In this document: positions 28,470 through 38,536 of the stretch, in pieces
How the letters are laid out: every line of letters starts with the position of its first letter
Position numbering within the stretch: the stretch's first letter is position 1
Source of the DNA: a virus
Lineage: Duplodnaviria; Caudoviricetes
DNA length: 64,000 bases
Reading direction: 5' to 3' (one strand)
Virus record (IMG/VR): IMGVR_UViG_3300011113_000415
Notes under the pieces: model-generated
What the model saw: the letters and a program-made list of their open reading frames with translations, nothing else
The model's database searches: none
What the model was told of the DNA's origin: nothing
Program-made: the position numbers and the translations under genes

Positions 28470-29684
28470 ATGAAAATTTGGTCTATATGTGTATGTTTAG
28501 CATTAGTGGCATGCGGAGGAGGTGGAGGAAGTGGCGGGTCAGGAACTCCTGCAAATTCAGCGTCCTTAGGAACCAGGGTGATTAATCAAACTTCTGGTGT
28601 GCATAAGAATACGGTTAAAAATTATGCGGTAGGCGATCTCAATAATGACGGACTGGATGATGTGGTTATAGGAGGATGGAGCGGCACCGGAACATCATAT
28701 TTGGCCTTACTAATACAAAATTCAGACGGAACACTTGTTGATAAAACAACAGAGTTATTAGCAAGCAACACATACCCGGGCAGTGGTCATATTTTTATTT
28801 GGGATTTTGATAACGATGGCCGTGCAGATATTTGGCTGCCAGGCGCTGATGATCATGTTGCTAGTTCTAATAGTGTAATGCTTTGGGGCAGTGGCACCGG
28901 AACCTTTAGTCCACAAATTTTTCCAGAATCAATGGCCAGTGCAGGCGCTTGTGTTTTTGATATCAACAACGACGGTCGTATGGATATGTTGGTGAGAGGT
29001 ACCTATGTGCAGGCAATCAATACTTATGGATATTATCTAAATAACGGAAACAGAACTTTTACATTTGTTGCTGACCAATACGTTAATGGTGCAAGTGCGT
29101 GTGCTGTAATCCGTGATTCTGCCACTGGCCATTTGGCTGTAATGCAAGGAGGCAATAACCAGGCCAGCACTTCAGATACAATTAGCATTGTAGATGCTAA
29201 TCTTAATTTAATTAAGTTAATAGCCATGCCCAAACAAGATTCTAATTTGGCAGGTATGATAGGAGCGACCACAGCGGATGTCAACAACGATGGACTGTTA
29301 GATTTTATCATTGTGTATGAGTCTTATGTGCCAGGATCTCCAGGTCGTAAAGAAGTTTGGTTAAATCAAGGCACAGATAACTTTGAATATGCTTATGCTG
29401 TAGATACCACATACAATAGTACAGGCGATATTGTAAACTTTCGGTATCAAGGTGTTCAATACTGTTTCTTTGATGGTCCCAATGGAGATGCAACATTATA
29501 TCAATTGGCCAATGCCTCGTTGAGTTTATATAAACATGAAGATTTTTTAAGTATGGGTCGATTGTTAGGTGGTAAACCGGACGTCAAAGATTGGAGTATA
29601 ATGAGTGCTACAGTATATCGTGGCAGTAAGGGAATTTACATGCTTCAAGATATCAATGGTACACTCTATACTCAGAAACTTTGA
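28470..29684 (+). CDS. FG-GAP/VCBS-repeat (beta-propeller) lipoprotein
   Basis: LVAC lipobox with Gly linker; GDLNNDGLDD, DFDNDGRAD, DINNDGRMD, DVNNDGLLD repeats. Confidence 0.85.
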   Translation: MKIWSICVCLALVACGGGGGSGGSGTPANSASLGTRVINQTSGVHKNTVKNYAVGDLNNDGLDDVVIGGWSGTGTSYLALLIQNSDGTLVDKTTELLASNTYPGSGHIFIWDFDNDGRADIWLPGADDHVASSNSVMLWGSGTGTFSPQIFPESMASAGACVFDINNDGRMDMLVRGTYVQAINTYGYYLNNGNRTFTFVADQYVNGASACAVIRDSATGHLAVMQGGNNQASTSDTISIVDANLNLIKLIAMPKQDSNLAGMIGATTADVNNDGLLDFIIVYESYVPGSPGRKEVWLNQGTDNFEYAYAVDTTYNSTGDIVNFRYQGVQYCFFDGPNGDATLYQLANASLSLYKHEDFLSMGRLLGGKPDVKDWSIMSATVYRGSKGIYMLQDINGTLYTQKL

Positions 29685-29747
29685 TCAACTGCGTTGACAA
29701 ATCAATGAAACCTGTGCTAAATTGTTGTAAAATTTGAAAGGATTATC

Positions 29748-29972
29748 ATGAACAATTGGGACCGAGGAAATTTGGACTTTATTTTAAATTCCACCGAGGA
29801 AGACCTAGCAGACTTTTTGTCCTGGGCCACAGATGAAGACCTAGCGTATGCACTGGAACTGCTTCAAACAGCCCGTGCAGAACTCACAACCAAGGAACTT
29901 GAACTGCTAGACAGCGAAACAGTAGAAGATCTATCACAAGCAAGAGCCATACTAGAAAGATTTCGTCTATGA
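29748..29972 (+). CDS. Hypothetical protein
   Basis: 74 aa; AAAGGA SD; upstream TTGACA. Confidence 0.7.
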   Translation: MNNWDRGNLDFILNSTEEDLADFLSWATDEDLAYALELLQTARAELTTKELELLDSETVEDLSQARAILERFRL

Positions 29973-31042
29973 AAATACGACTGATAGGCAAACGCAACAA
30001 TTTGGGTATTGGTACCCATTTTGCCGCTTTTGCAGACGCCCTCAAGCGAATCAGCCACTGGGGTGCCTGTGTTGAAGAGTTTGATTGCGAGGATCCTGCA
30101 AGACTTCAAGCAGAGGCTCAGGTCAGCAAGTCCGGTGACATCAACATCTGCTTTGTAAGCATACCCTTGCAGGATCATTTTCAGGGCACCAATATTCAAT
30201 GGGTGGTGTTTGAAAGTACTCTAGTGCCGCCCACAGTGATGAGCACCATGATAACCGCAGATCAAGTGTGGGTGCCCAGTTCATGGGGACGACACACATT
30301 GATCGCCAACGGACTGGACCCGGCACGTTGTGAGATCATACCAGAAGGTGTTGATGCTGATCAGTATCATCCTTATGCACCCAGAGTTGACAGTCCGGTC
30401 ATGACCTATCTAATTACTGGCAAGTACGAACTGCGGAAAAGTATCATTGAAACTGTGCTGGCCTGGAGCCAAGAGTTTGGTAATGATCCTGATGTGGAAC
30501 TGGTGATCAAGACCAATCACTTTTGGCACCAAGAAGCCAAGTACAACGAACTGGCCAACTACATTGGTCAACTGGGCTTGACCAATGTGCGAGTGATCTG
30601 GGGTAGCACTGCTCCTGAAGACATGGTCAATCTCTATCAGCAGAGTCATGTGTTTGTGTTGCCCACCAAAGGTGAAGGTTGGGGACTGCCACTTATCGAA
30701 GCCGCGGCTGTGGGTCTACCCATTATCACAACCTGGCACAGTGCTCACACAGAATTTTTACAACACATACAATCCAGTGTGGTGGTAGTGGAGCATGATA
30801 TGACTCCAGTCAACTGTCAAGAGTATCAGTTGTTTTATCCCACAACAGATGGCAATTGGGGTTCCTGGGCACAACCCAGAATTGACAGCATTAGGGCGGC
30901 CTTGAGATCCAGTCGTCAAAATTACACATACCTGCACCGAAGAGCCAAAGAAAATAGTGTGATCATACGCCGGACATTTTCCTGGGCCCAAAGTGCTGAT
31001 CGTGCCCTGCAAACCCTGCAAAAGCATGGGTTACTAAAGTAA
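29969..31042 (+). CDS. GT4-family glycosyltransferase
   Basis: GKYELRKS, FVLPTKGEGWGLPLIEAAAVG. Confidence 0.88.
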   Translation: MKIRLIGKRNNLGIGTHFAAFADALKRISHWGACVEEFDCEDPARLQAEAQVSKSGDINICFVSIPLQDHFQGTNIQWVVFESTLVPPTVMSTMITADQVWVPSSWGRHTLIANGLDPARCEIIPEGVDADQYHPYAPRVDSPVMTYLITGKYELRKSIIETVLAWSQEFGNDPDVELVIKTNHFWHQEAKYNELANYIGQLGLTNVRVIWGSTAPEDMVNLYQQSHVFVLPTKGEGWGLPLIEAAAVGLPIITTWHSAHTEFLQHIQSSVVVVEHDMTPVNCQEYQLFYPTTDGNWGSWAQPRIDSIRAALRSSRQNYTYLHRRAKENSVIIRRTFSWAQSADRALQTLQKHGLLK

Positions 31043-31118
31043 TACTCTAGTACTACTTTTTGACCCTGAAAAGATCAGGGTTATTTTGGTTGACTCAAAA
31101 TCGTCCATTTGCTATAAT
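31039..31118 (+). promoter_or_regulatory. Palindrome, hairpin and early promoter cassette
   Basis: GTAATAC-TCTA-GTACTAC; ACCCTGA/TCAGGGT; TTGACT-17-TATAAT. Confidence 0.75.
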
Positions 31119-31148
31119 AATGACATGTTAAGCAAAAAGGAGTTCCAA

Positions 31149-31400
31149 ATGCGTCATGTATCAGGTTTTAGTAATAGCACAAAGATTCGCTATATCGTCA
31201 ACGGTTTTGGCATGTACGGCACCATCAACGACATCTATACAAAAACAGCCACGGTGAGTCATGGTGAGGCTCTACGCCTTGCAATCCAAAAATTGGCTTA
31301 CGATCGCCGTCACAGTAGTTTCAAGGACGAAGGTCGTCCAGTTGGTGTCAGCATCACTCACGAAGGCATTCAAGTGCAGATTGATTTGATGGCCAACTGA
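31149..31400 (+). CDS. Early hypothetical protein
   Basis: AAGGAG SD. Confidence 0.7.
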   Translation: MRHVSGFSNSTKIRYIVNGFGMYGTINDIYTKTATVSHGEALRLAIQKLAYDRRHSSFKDEGRPVGVSITHEGIQVQIDLMAN

Positions 31401-31402
31401 AA

Positions 31403-31458
31403 GTAATACTTGAGTATTACATTTTTTGGTTGACCCAAAATTACCCATTTGTTATAAT
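31403..31458 (+). promoter_or_regulatory. Palindrome and early promoter cassette
   Basis: GTAATAC-TTGA-GTATTAC; TTGACC-17-TATAAT. Confidence 0.8.
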
Positions 31459-31488
31459 ATACACATAGACATACAAAAGGAGCCCACT

Positions 31489-31764
31489 ATGTTTTACATT
31501 ATTGCTCGAGGTACTGGACTTATTGTTAGCGACGGCCCCAATCGCAGTCGTGCCTACAAAACTTGGGGCGCCGCTAGAGCCACTCGCACTCGACTCTGCA
31601 ACAAGGCAGGTTATAGTGCCAGTGATCTCAGCATCATTGATACCAAATACCACAAACCAAAAATGGTTACACGTACCAATCTTATGACTGGGCAAGAATA
31701 TCAAGAGGACGTTAATACTCCTAGATCTTGTTCGCCAGCCTCAGAACTTTTTTGGAGCATGTGA
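31489..31764 (+). CDS. Early hypothetical protein
   Basis: AAGGAG SD. Confidence 0.7.
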   Translation: MFYIIARGTGLIVSDGPNRSRAYKTWGAARATRTRLCNKAGYSASDLSIIDTKYHKPKMVTRTNLMTGQEYQEDVNTPRSCSPASELFWSM

Positions 31765-31886
31765 TGAATCACACTGTTTGGATCTTGCGTTGGAGCCAGC
31801 CTTATACCAATTGGCAACCCTTTGAATTGCCCATTACAGATTTCACTCAAGCCCGTGAAGTACTTGCAAGGATCATGGCAAAATGA
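31764..31886 (+). CDS. Small protein (40 aa)
   Basis: Coupled to neighbours on both sides; manual translation. Confidence 0.55.
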   Translation: MNHTVWILRWSQPYTNWQPFELPITDFTQAREVLARIMAK

Positions 31887-32230
31887 AATGGTTTGCCGAA
31901 ACAACTGACTATCAAGACTCAGTGCCCAACGGTATCTACTTGTTGGATGACGCCAAGAGCCGAATGTATGCATTCACTCCTGGTGGTGCCAAACAAATCA
32001 AAATATTCAAAAACCCAATCCGCATTGATGTGCGTGGGCGTCGGTTTGCAATCAACTCTGTGCAGTTCAAGACACAGTTAAAGGAAGAAGAACCTGAGGG
32101 TCGTGTGTGGGAAGTAAAAGGCTCAAAAGGTGATATCTACAAGGTGTCAGAACTCAATGGCAATCTCTCTTGCACTTGCTCAGGATTCCGTTTCCGCGGT
32201 GACTGCAAACACGTAAAAAGCGTGGCATGA
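31883..32230 (+). CDS. SWIM zinc-finger protein
   Basis: CTCSGFRFRGDCKH (CxC...CxH). Confidence 0.75.
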   Translation: MKWFAETTDYQDSVPNGIYLLDDAKSRMYAFTPGGAKQIKIFKNPIRIDVRGRRFAINSVQFKTQLKEEEPEGRVWEVKGSKGDIYKVSELNGNLSCTCSGFRFRGDCKHVKSVA

Positions 32231-32475
32231 AATTTTGTTTTAGAGACGCTCCTGCATGGTTTACCAACTATGTGTGTGAAATTTATTTGGATGAGTTTCA
32301 CACCTCGGTGCGAGATAAGTTTCAAGGCTCAGGTTTCGATCCTCAACTGCTGGATGCGGCTGTGGAATTTTTCAGCCAAAAAGGTTTTAGAGTGTGCTGT
32401 ATCAATAGACAACTTTGGTTTGATATAGACGACTCAGCCGAAACCACTTGGCTCACGCTCAAGTACCAAGACTAA
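32227..32475 (+). CDS. Small hypothetical protein (paralogue family)
   Basis: WFDIDDSAETTWLTLKY C-terminus. Confidence 0.65.
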   Translation: MKFCFRDAPAWFTNYVCEIYLDEFHTSVRDKFQGSGFDPQLLDAAVEFFSQKGFRVCCINRQLWFDIDDSAETTWLTLKYQD

Positions 32476-32476
32476 C

Positions 32477-32908
32477 TTACTTGTAGATGTAGTTGATGGT
32501 GTCAGGATTTTCTCTGTAGACACCAGCACCATTTTTTAAATGAAAGCGTCGAGCCATTTCGGTCTTGGGGCTTAGTGTAACATAAGTGTCAATGCCGGGG
32601 AACTCTTGCTTGATACTTTTTTGTGTTTCCACAATCAACTCACGCCCTGCCCCTGCTGTGTAACTCCAAATGGTGTAAAATACTGCGGTAGTAGCACTCC
32701 CTACCAACTCGGCTAAGTCATCCACCGCCTCAGGAATAGACTGCAAGAACTTGACACAGGTCACTGCTTGGGTTTGGTCCCCATCCTTCAACATATAGAT
32801 TCTGCTGTTCTCGTTCACACGTCGGGCCACAGGGATTTCAGGACGTACGGGATCGTCCTTGATCAGGGTTTCTAAATCCTCGGTGATGGTGGTGATGGTG
32901 TGTAACAT
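32477..32908 (-). CDS. Hypothetical protein, possibly GNAT-like
   Basis: AVFYTIWSY..GAGRELI...TLSP...RRFHLKNGA pattern. Confidence 0.6.
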   Translation of the reverse strand: MLHTITTITEDLETLIKDDPVRPEIPVARRVNENSRIYMLKDGDQTQAVTCVKFLQSIPEAVDDLAELVGSATTAVFYTIWSYTAGAGRELIVETQKSIKQEFPGIDTYVTLSPKTEMARRFHLKNGAGVYRENPDTINYIYK

Positions 32909-32976
32909 AATCTACGCCGTTAATGTTTATGCAAAGGTATTTATCACGACCTTTGTTACACTAAAATTACAGAGGT

Positions 32977-33318
32977 TTAGGCGTGGAGTTCTCGGTACCG
33001 AGCCATGGCTCTTGCTCGAGCCACTGCCAGTCTCACTTGAACATATTCAGACAACTCGTCATCGACTGAGTCGGTTGGTGGTGCTACCTTGGGACGTCGA
33101 CTCGAACTGGAACACAGAAAATCATCATCCGGTGCATCATAAGGATTGGTACCTTGCAATCGAATGGCAGTGAATCTGTGTGGATTACTACGTAATAGTT
33201 TGACTCTTGGCACTCGCGGAAGATGCGCCCGAACCGAGTGATCAGCACTTGCATGAACAGGCACCTGGGCCCAAGCGGTGACGGATACTATTGCGGCAAT
33301 GATCAAGAAGTGTTTCAT
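32977..33318 (-). CDS. Secreted hypothetical protein
   Basis: MKHFLIIAAIVSVTAWA signal peptide. Confidence 0.6.
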   Translation of the reverse strand: MKHFLIIAAIVSVTAWAQVPVHASADHSVRAHLPRVPRVKLLRSNPHRFTAIRLQGTNPYDAPDDDFLCSSSSRRPKVAPPTDSVDDELSEYVQVRLAVARARAMARYRELHA

Positions 33319-33370
33319 GTGTATATATAACGCCTTGGCACCAGGAATGGTTGACTGATTTGGTAGTATC

Positions 33371-33440
33371 GCCAAACACAATTGTTTTGGCAAATGTTGT
33401 TCTAAAAAGCCTTGCTATTGCCAGCAAGATGCCTTATACT
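33371..33440 (+). promoter_or_regulatory. Inverted repeat plus sigma70-like promoter
   Basis: GCCAAAC-ACAATT-GTTTTGGC; TTGCTA-17-TATACT. Confidence 0.55.
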
Positions 33441-33487
33441 TGTTGAATGCTGTACGCAACGGCTATTTTACATGAAAGGTAATTTAT

Positions 33488-33757
33488 ATGCGTTTTAATC
33501 CAGAAAGCAAAAGTTTCCGACTTTTCCAAGCACTCCGTAAAGGTGAAGCACTCACCGAAGCCCAAATCGCTCAGCGTTTTGGTTTGAAGAACCCAACTGC
33601 AACTATCTCTAGTTTGCGTTTGAACCATGGCGTCTGTATCTATGCTGATGAGCATTTTGATACACACAACCGTCGTACCGTCAAGTACGCAATTGGTAAG
33701 CCATCGAGAAAACTCATTGCCGCTGGATATCGCGCAATGACACTTGGCTTGGTTTAA
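33488..33757 (+). CDS. Putative winged-helix DNA-binding protein
   Basis: ALTEAQIAQRFGLKNPTATISSLR helix-turn-helix pattern; basic. Confidence 0.6.
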   Translation: MRFNPESKSFRLFQALRKGEALTEAQIAQRFGLKNPTATISSLRLNHGVCIYADEHFDTHNRRTVKYAIGKPSRKLIAAGYRAMTLGLV

Positions 33758-33775
33758 ACCGGTCTTGCTTTGAAC

Positions 33776-33804
33776 AAAACCCTGCTGACAGCAGGGTTTT
33801 TTTT
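33776..33804 (+). terminator. Intrinsic terminator
   Basis: AAAACCCTGCT/AGCAGGGTTTT plus T-run. Confidence 0.85.
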
Positions 33805-33837
33805 GACCGATATTGACTTTTGCTGTATAATAACCAT

Positions 33838-34290
33838 ATGCTTAAAAAACTTTTTGAACGCTTGGGTCGGTACCGTGTGATCATGGACCGAGTGGACAAT
33901 GAACCTTATCTGGAACGCTACTATGTGTTTCTTAAGGATCGAGAACGATTCCCGTTCAACGTGTTTGTACACAAGTTTTTGAAATCAGACCCAGATGAGG
34001 TGCATGATCATCCTTGGTCATTCTTTACATTTATCTTGAAAGGTGGCTACTGGGAGTGGCGACCACAGTTCAATTCCAAGGGCCAAAAGGTCGGAGAGAT
34101 TGCCAAGTGGTGCGGCCCGGGAAGTTTCCGTTGGGCTCGAGCCACCAGTTATCACCGCATAGAATTGGATCCAGATGTGACCTGTTGGACCTTGTTCATG
34201 CCCGGACCAAAGCAACGTGACTGGGGATTTTTGGTCCAGAACCAATGGATACAGTGGCAACAATATCTAGCCAATCGTGCAAGTAAATAA
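33838..34290 (+). CDS. Cupin-like protein
   Basis: HDHPW, GGYWE, YHRIE; ATG 6 nt after TTGACC-17-TATAAT. Confidence 0.75.
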   Translation: MLKKLFERLGRYRVIMDRVDNEPYLERYYVFLKDRERFPFNVFVHKFLKSDPDEVHDHPWSFFTFILKGGYWEWRPQFNSKGQKVGEIAKWCGPGSFRWARATSYHRIELDPDVTCWTLFMPGPKQRDWGFLVQNQWIQWQQYLANRASK

Positions 34291-34308
34291 ACACAAGGAA
34301 TTAAAATT

Positions 34309-34695
34309 ATGAATTTGGAAACCGTCATTGCTACTCTGTTCACAGGATTGGGAGTTGGTGTTATATTATTCCTGCTGTTTGTTTGGGCAGTGGCCCGCAG
34401 ACTTCAGTTCCGAATGGACTCAGAAGTATCTGATATCATGGAAAAATTGGCCCAGGATCGCTTGATAGCCCTCACAGTAGAGGTTGACCAAAATCAGTAT
34501 TTTTGTTATAATAAGATTACCAAAGCATTTGTATGCCAAGGCCACAATTTGAAAGAAATCGTAGAAAGGTTTAGACTGCGTTATCCCAACAAAGCCGCTG
34601 CCATATATGACGGTGACGAAACAGCAGTTCAAACACTTAGAGCACAATTGAAAGACCTAGATGAAAATCTCAGTAGCATCAGACATCCATCTTGA
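34309..34695 (+). CDS. Membrane-anchored hypothetical protein
   Basis: N-terminal TM; AAGGA SD. Confidence 0.7.
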   Translation: MNLETVIATLFTGLGVGVILFLLFVWAVARRLQFRMDSEVSDIMEKLAQDRLIALTVEVDQNQYFCYNKITKAFVCQGHNLKEIVERFRLRYPNKAAAIYDGDETAVQTLRAQLKDLDENLSSIRHPS

Positions 34696-35506
34696 ATTTG
34701 GAGACTTGAACATCCGCAATGAACATAACGCTGATGTTCTGCTCCTGTCAGGAGACATTTGTGTTGCGGCCGACATTGGTCGCCCAGATCCACACGGCTT
34801 CATGGAAGGTGCTAGAAGCAATAGAATCACTGACTTTTTCAAACGATGCAGTTTTCAGTTTCCGCACACCATCTATATCTTGGGCAACCATGAACACTAT
34901 CACGGTAACTTTGCAACCTCTTACAACATTATCAAGAGCATGCTGGAGTCAAACCAGTTGAGCAATGTTCACCTGTTGGAAAAGGAAATTCGCGTGATAG
35001 ATGGTGTTACCTTTATTGGTGGCACGCTGTGGACTGACATGAATGCAGGTGATGAACTTACCTTGTATCACATGAAAAGCATGATGAACGATTTTAGAAT
35101 CATCAAAAACAGTGGTCATAGTTTTGCCTACGAGAACTACAGTAGCCGGCGGCCCACCTTCACACCCCAAGATGCCGCCGAAGACTTTGCAAAAATGAAA
35201 GGCTACATCCAAACTGTTGTTGAAGGTAACGCAGATAAAAAGTTTGTGGTTGTGGGACACCATGCACCCAGTCGTCAGAGTACTCATGAAATGTATAGAG
35301 ATGATACCATCATGAACGGTGGTTACAGTAGCGACATGGACGAGTTTATTGAGGCGCATCCACAGATTCGTCTGTGGACACATGGACACACTCATCACCC
35401 GTTTGACTACCAAATTGGTGAGACCCGTGTGTTGTGTAATCCACGTGGCTATGCAGGACACGAAGCAAGGGCAGACGAATGGCAACTGATAACCGTGGAT
35501 ATCTAA
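34661..35506 (+). CDS. Calcineurin-like metallophosphoesterase
   Basis: SDIHLE, SGDI, GNHEHY, GHHAP, HGHTH, CNPRGY. Confidence 0.9.
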   Translation: MKISVASDIHLEFGDLNIRNEHNADVLLLSGDICVAADIGRPDPHGFMEGARSNRITDFFKRCSFQFPHTIYILGNHEHYHGNFATSYNIIKSMLESNQLSNVHLLEKEIRVIDGVTFIGGTLWTDMNAGDELTLYHMKSMMNDFRIIKNSGHSFAYENYSSRRPTFTPQDAAEDFAKMKGYIQTVVEGNADKKFVVVGHHAPSRQSTHEMYRDDTIMNGGYSSDMDEFIEAHPQIRLWTHGHTHHPFDYQIGETRVLCNPRGYAGHEARADEWQLITVDI

Positions 35507-35685
35507 AATGGTTGCGTTACAGTGGTGTCAGCATCATTGTAACGCTTAATCCCTTGCATTGGCGATGGATGCCACAAGCACGTCGCGAACACAATACAGA
35601 GTGGCCCAGTCCCAACGAAGTCACTTACATGGCCAGTTGGTTGTTCGTGACCATTCGAGGTTGGGTGGATGATGGATCGTGGTAA
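35479..35685 (+). CDS. Hypothetical protein
   Basis: 68 aa, Trp-rich. Confidence 0.6.
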   Translation: MATDNRGYLKWLRYSGVSIIVTLNPLHWRWMPQARREHNTEWPSPNEVTYMASWLFVTIRGWVDDGSW

Positions 35686-35837
35686 TGCGAGAGCATGCGA
35701 GTTACATTGTAATCGCTATAATGGTTGTGGTGTTGTACATCAACAACTCTGTAATGGGGGAAGATGGTGAACGTGCGGCCCTGGATCGAGTATGTAATTC
35801 AAGTGGATACTTAATCAAATATGAACAAGCAAACTAA
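35685..35837 (+). CDS. Small membrane protein (50 aa)
   Basis: TAATG coupling; one TM; manual translation. Confidence 0.5.
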   Translation: MREHASYIVIAIMVVVLYINNSVMGEDGERAALDRVCNSSGYLIKYEQAN

Positions 35838-36093
35838 AGAGTTGGCCGAACAAGCAGGATTTGTTCTGGACGAGTTGCCAGACACAGTACTCCTACCTTT
35901 GGAAACATTTGCTGATCTACTTATAGCCGCTAATACTCGTGAAGTGGTTGCATTGTGTGCCAACACCATCAACCTCAACCTCAACGAACAAAAACAAAAA
36001 ACAAAACGCCGTTGGGATATTATAGAAGCCATAGTGATAATATTATTATTGATAGTCTGGGGCGCCTGGTGGTATTTCCGTTTGCACACGTAA
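35821..36093 (+). CDS. Hypothetical protein with C-terminal TM
   Basis: 90 aa. Confidence 0.6.
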   Translation: MNKQTKELAEQAGFVLDELPDTVLLPLETFADLLIAANTREVVALCANTINLNLNEQKQKTKRRWDIIEAIVIILLLIVWGAWWYFRLHT

Positions 36094-36103
36094 AGGATAA
36101 GAC

Positions 36104-36817
36104 ATGAAAGTATACATTTCGAAATATCGAGATCACTGGATCTCACCTTACACCATATTAGACTATGCGTTCTTCTGGACTGACTGGTCAAAGTGCAGTC
36201 GCGACCGGCGCATTCGCAGTCTTGAAGAAGAACGCAATTACGTGGAACATCCAGCATGGGTAGAACGCTGGAGCGACCGCCTTGAACCCGTCAGTCGAGC
36301 AATTCAATGGGTGCTAGATCGTATCCATCCCCCTATCAATTATGTGAAGATTGATCGTTGGGACACCTGGAGCATGGACCATACATTGAGTCCAATTATC
36401 CTTCCCATGCTCAAGCAATTGAAAACAACTCAGCACGGTGCAGGATTTGTTGACGATGAAGATGTGCCTGAGGAACTAAAAAGTACCAGCGCACCTGCCA
36501 AAGAAAACGAGTGGGACACTGATGCCAATCACTTTGCTCGTTGGGAATATGTGCTGGATGAAATGATCTTTGCGTTTGAATGCAAAGTAGACGATTCATG
36601 GGAAGAGGCTTTCCGTTCGGGCGAACATGATATTCTTTGGGTTCCTGTGGACAAGGATGGTAATGAAGTGCCCAAGGGCGAACACAAATTCTCCGAAATG
36701 AGACGTGGTCCCAACGACACATACAAGTGCGACTACGAAGGCATGCGAGTGGTTGAGGCACGTATACAAAACGGCTTCCGACTATTTGGCAAGTACTATC
36801 AAAATCTCTGGGACTGA
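36104..36817 (+). CDS. Conserved phage hypothetical protein
   Basis: 237 aa; AAGGA SD; DTWSMDHTL...GFRLFGKYYQNLWD. Confidence 0.75.
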   Translation: MKVYISKYRDHWISPYTILDYAFFWTDWSKCSRDRRIRSLEEERNYVEHPAWVERWSDRLEPVSRAIQWVLDRIHPPINYVKIDRWDTWSMDHTLSPIILPMLKQLKTTQHGAGFVDDEDVPEELKSTSAPAKENEWDTDANHFARWEYVLDEMIFAFECKVDDSWEEAFRSGEHDILWVPVDKDGNEVPKGEHKFSEMRRGPNDTYKCDYEGMRVVEARIQNGFRLFGKYYQNLWD

Positions 36818-37293
36818 TGGCAGAAGAATCTAACAGTGCCAAGGGTAGAGACAGTTTTGATATCGCTACCGGTAACACGTTGGTGCATTTCTTTAACCGT
36901 AATGTTACACCTTACGCCACCAGTACTCTAGGTCCGACATTTGATCTAGTGCCTGTTGAAAAACAAAAAGATCTCATGATCAACCATGCTAGGATGTATG
37001 CCCAGCAGGAATATGATCGTATTATGGAATTGGTTGCAGTGCTACAAAAGCAAGCCGAAGATATCCGACGTAGACTAGAAGTTACTGACATGGTACATGC
37101 CGCAGAATATCAGTTTCAAGTGGTTATGGGCAACTGCTATTGGTTGGTATGGCATCGGAGATTTGAGAAAACTTTGTTGGTTGTGACCGGTCCTACGGAA
37201 TGGAATACTGGTACACCTGAAGATTATGAATACATAACGCAGGTCAAATACATGGGAGACCATACCTGGTTAGAGATTGACTCCGAATCCTAA
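36817..37293 (+). CDS. Hypothetical protein
   Basis: 158 aa; TGATG coupling. Confidence 0.7.
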   Translation: MAEESNSAKGRDSFDIATGNTLVHFFNRNVTPYATSTLGPTFDLVPVEKQKDLMINHARMYAQQEYDRIMELVAVLQKQAEDIRRRLEVTDMVHAAEYQFQVVMGNCYWLVWHRRFEKTLLVVTGPTEWNTGTPEDYEYITQVKYMGDHTWLEIDSES

Positions 37294-37310
37294 TCGTGTT
37301 ACAATACGAT

Positions 37311-37490
37311 ATGACTACCATAACTGTTGAAGGTGCCGATCGAGCAATCGATGCGGGCATATGGCTTAATGAACGACGTATAGACTATCAAATTGACATG
37401 GAGCAAGTTTGGACTAACACCGAGCCTCGATATCAATTTCAGTTTTCTAACACTAAAGACGCAACACACTTTGCACTACGCTGGCGATAA
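37311..37490 (+). CDS. Small F-x-L-R-W family protein
   Basis: YQFQFSNTKDATHFALRWR; ATG 5 nt after TTGACT-17-TACAAT. Confidence 0.7.
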   Translation: MTTITVEGADRAIDAGIWLNERRIDYQIDMEQVWTNTEPRYQFQFSNTKDATHFALRWR

Positions 37491-37493
37491 GGT

Positions 37494-37718
37494 ATGTTCG
37501 AGCATGAACTGCGCATAGAACAGGCCAGTCCTGACGATGGCATACGTTGGAACAGAGATCTAATGGCTGCCGGTCTAACACCCGAACAAGATTATGTGTG
37601 GCGATACCAGCCCAGCCAGTATGATAACTTTGGACTATATAATTCAGCGCCGAGAGCAGTGGTGTTTGAATTTCGAGATCCTGCCTTAGCGACCTTCTAC
37701 AGGTTGAAGTGGCAGTGA
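37494..37718 (+). CDS. Small F/Y-x-L-K-W family protein
   Basis: VVFEFRDPALATFYRLKWQ. Confidence 0.7.
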   Translation: MFEHELRIEQASPDDGIRWNRDLMAAGLTPEQDYVWRYQPSQYDNFGLYNSAPRAVVFEFRDPALATFYRLKWQ

Positions 37719-38536
37719 TACGAACAGCAATAGTCATAATATTTTTTCTAACCAGTTTCGCAACACAGGCTCGACCTAGACCACCAGAGCCTGAACCCAG
37801 TGTATGGTTGTACAATCAAACACAAGATCAAGTGGTGGTTGAACGCAACGCCTACCAAGTCAGGCCATTTGCCAGCATCACCAAACTGATGACAGCCATG
37901 ATTGTGATTGATCAAGACTGGAACTGGGAACGTAGGTTACCACTCAGCAGATTGGCCAGCAGTAGACTACCACCAGGCACATACACCAGACGAGAACTGC
38001 TGAATGCTCTCTTGGTCAACAGTGACAATGCGGCCGCCGAAACATTTGCCGCTGACTATCCAGGAGGTAGATCAGCATTTTTACACGCCATGAATCAACG
38101 TGCCTGGAACCTGGGTATGTATAGCACACAGTTTCAAGACCCCAGTGGACTCAGTTCGGCCAATGTTAGCAACGCAGGAGATTTAGGTACCATGATTCGT
38201 GCCGCAGGCGAGTACTCGATCATACGAGATATCAGCACACAATCGCACGTGGCAGTGGAAACTCACAGCCGAAAACGCACTAGAATGAGGGAACTCAACA
38301 ACACCAATGGTCGTGCATTGGGCATGATTGAAAATATTCAAGTGGGCAAGACAGGATTTACCAATCCAGCCGGATTCTGCATGGCCCTGCAGGTGGAACA
38401 GCAAGGCGAAACCTACGTGGTTGTGATTTTGGGTGCTCGAAATTCTGCCAAACGTCTTGACCTTGTGAAAAATTTGCTTTACAATCACACAGCGGAGTTG
38501 GTAGAAACTCCACCCAAACGACGTCGACAACGATGA
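37709..38536 (+). CDS. Peptidase S11 (D-Ala-D-Ala carboxy/endopeptidase, PBP7-like)
   Basis: ASITKLMT (SxxK), SDN (SxN), KTG; signal peptide. Confidence 0.92.
   Translation: MAVIRTAIVIIFFLTSFATQARPRPPEPEPSVWLYNQTQDQVVVERNAYQVRPFASITKLMTAMIVIDQDWNWERRLPLSRLASSRLPPGTYTRRELLNALLVNSDNAAAETFAADYPGGRSAFLHAMNQRAWNLGMYSTQFQDPSGLSSANVSNAGDLGTMIRAAGEYSIIRDISTQSHVAVETHSRKRTRMRELNNTNGRALGMIENIQVGKTGFTNPAGFCMALQVEQQGETYVVVILGARNSAKRLDLVKNLLYNHTAELVETPPKRRRQR

Noticed and set aside
34949-35485. 178 aa minus-strand ORF
   Set aside because: Shadow of the metallophosphoesterase gene
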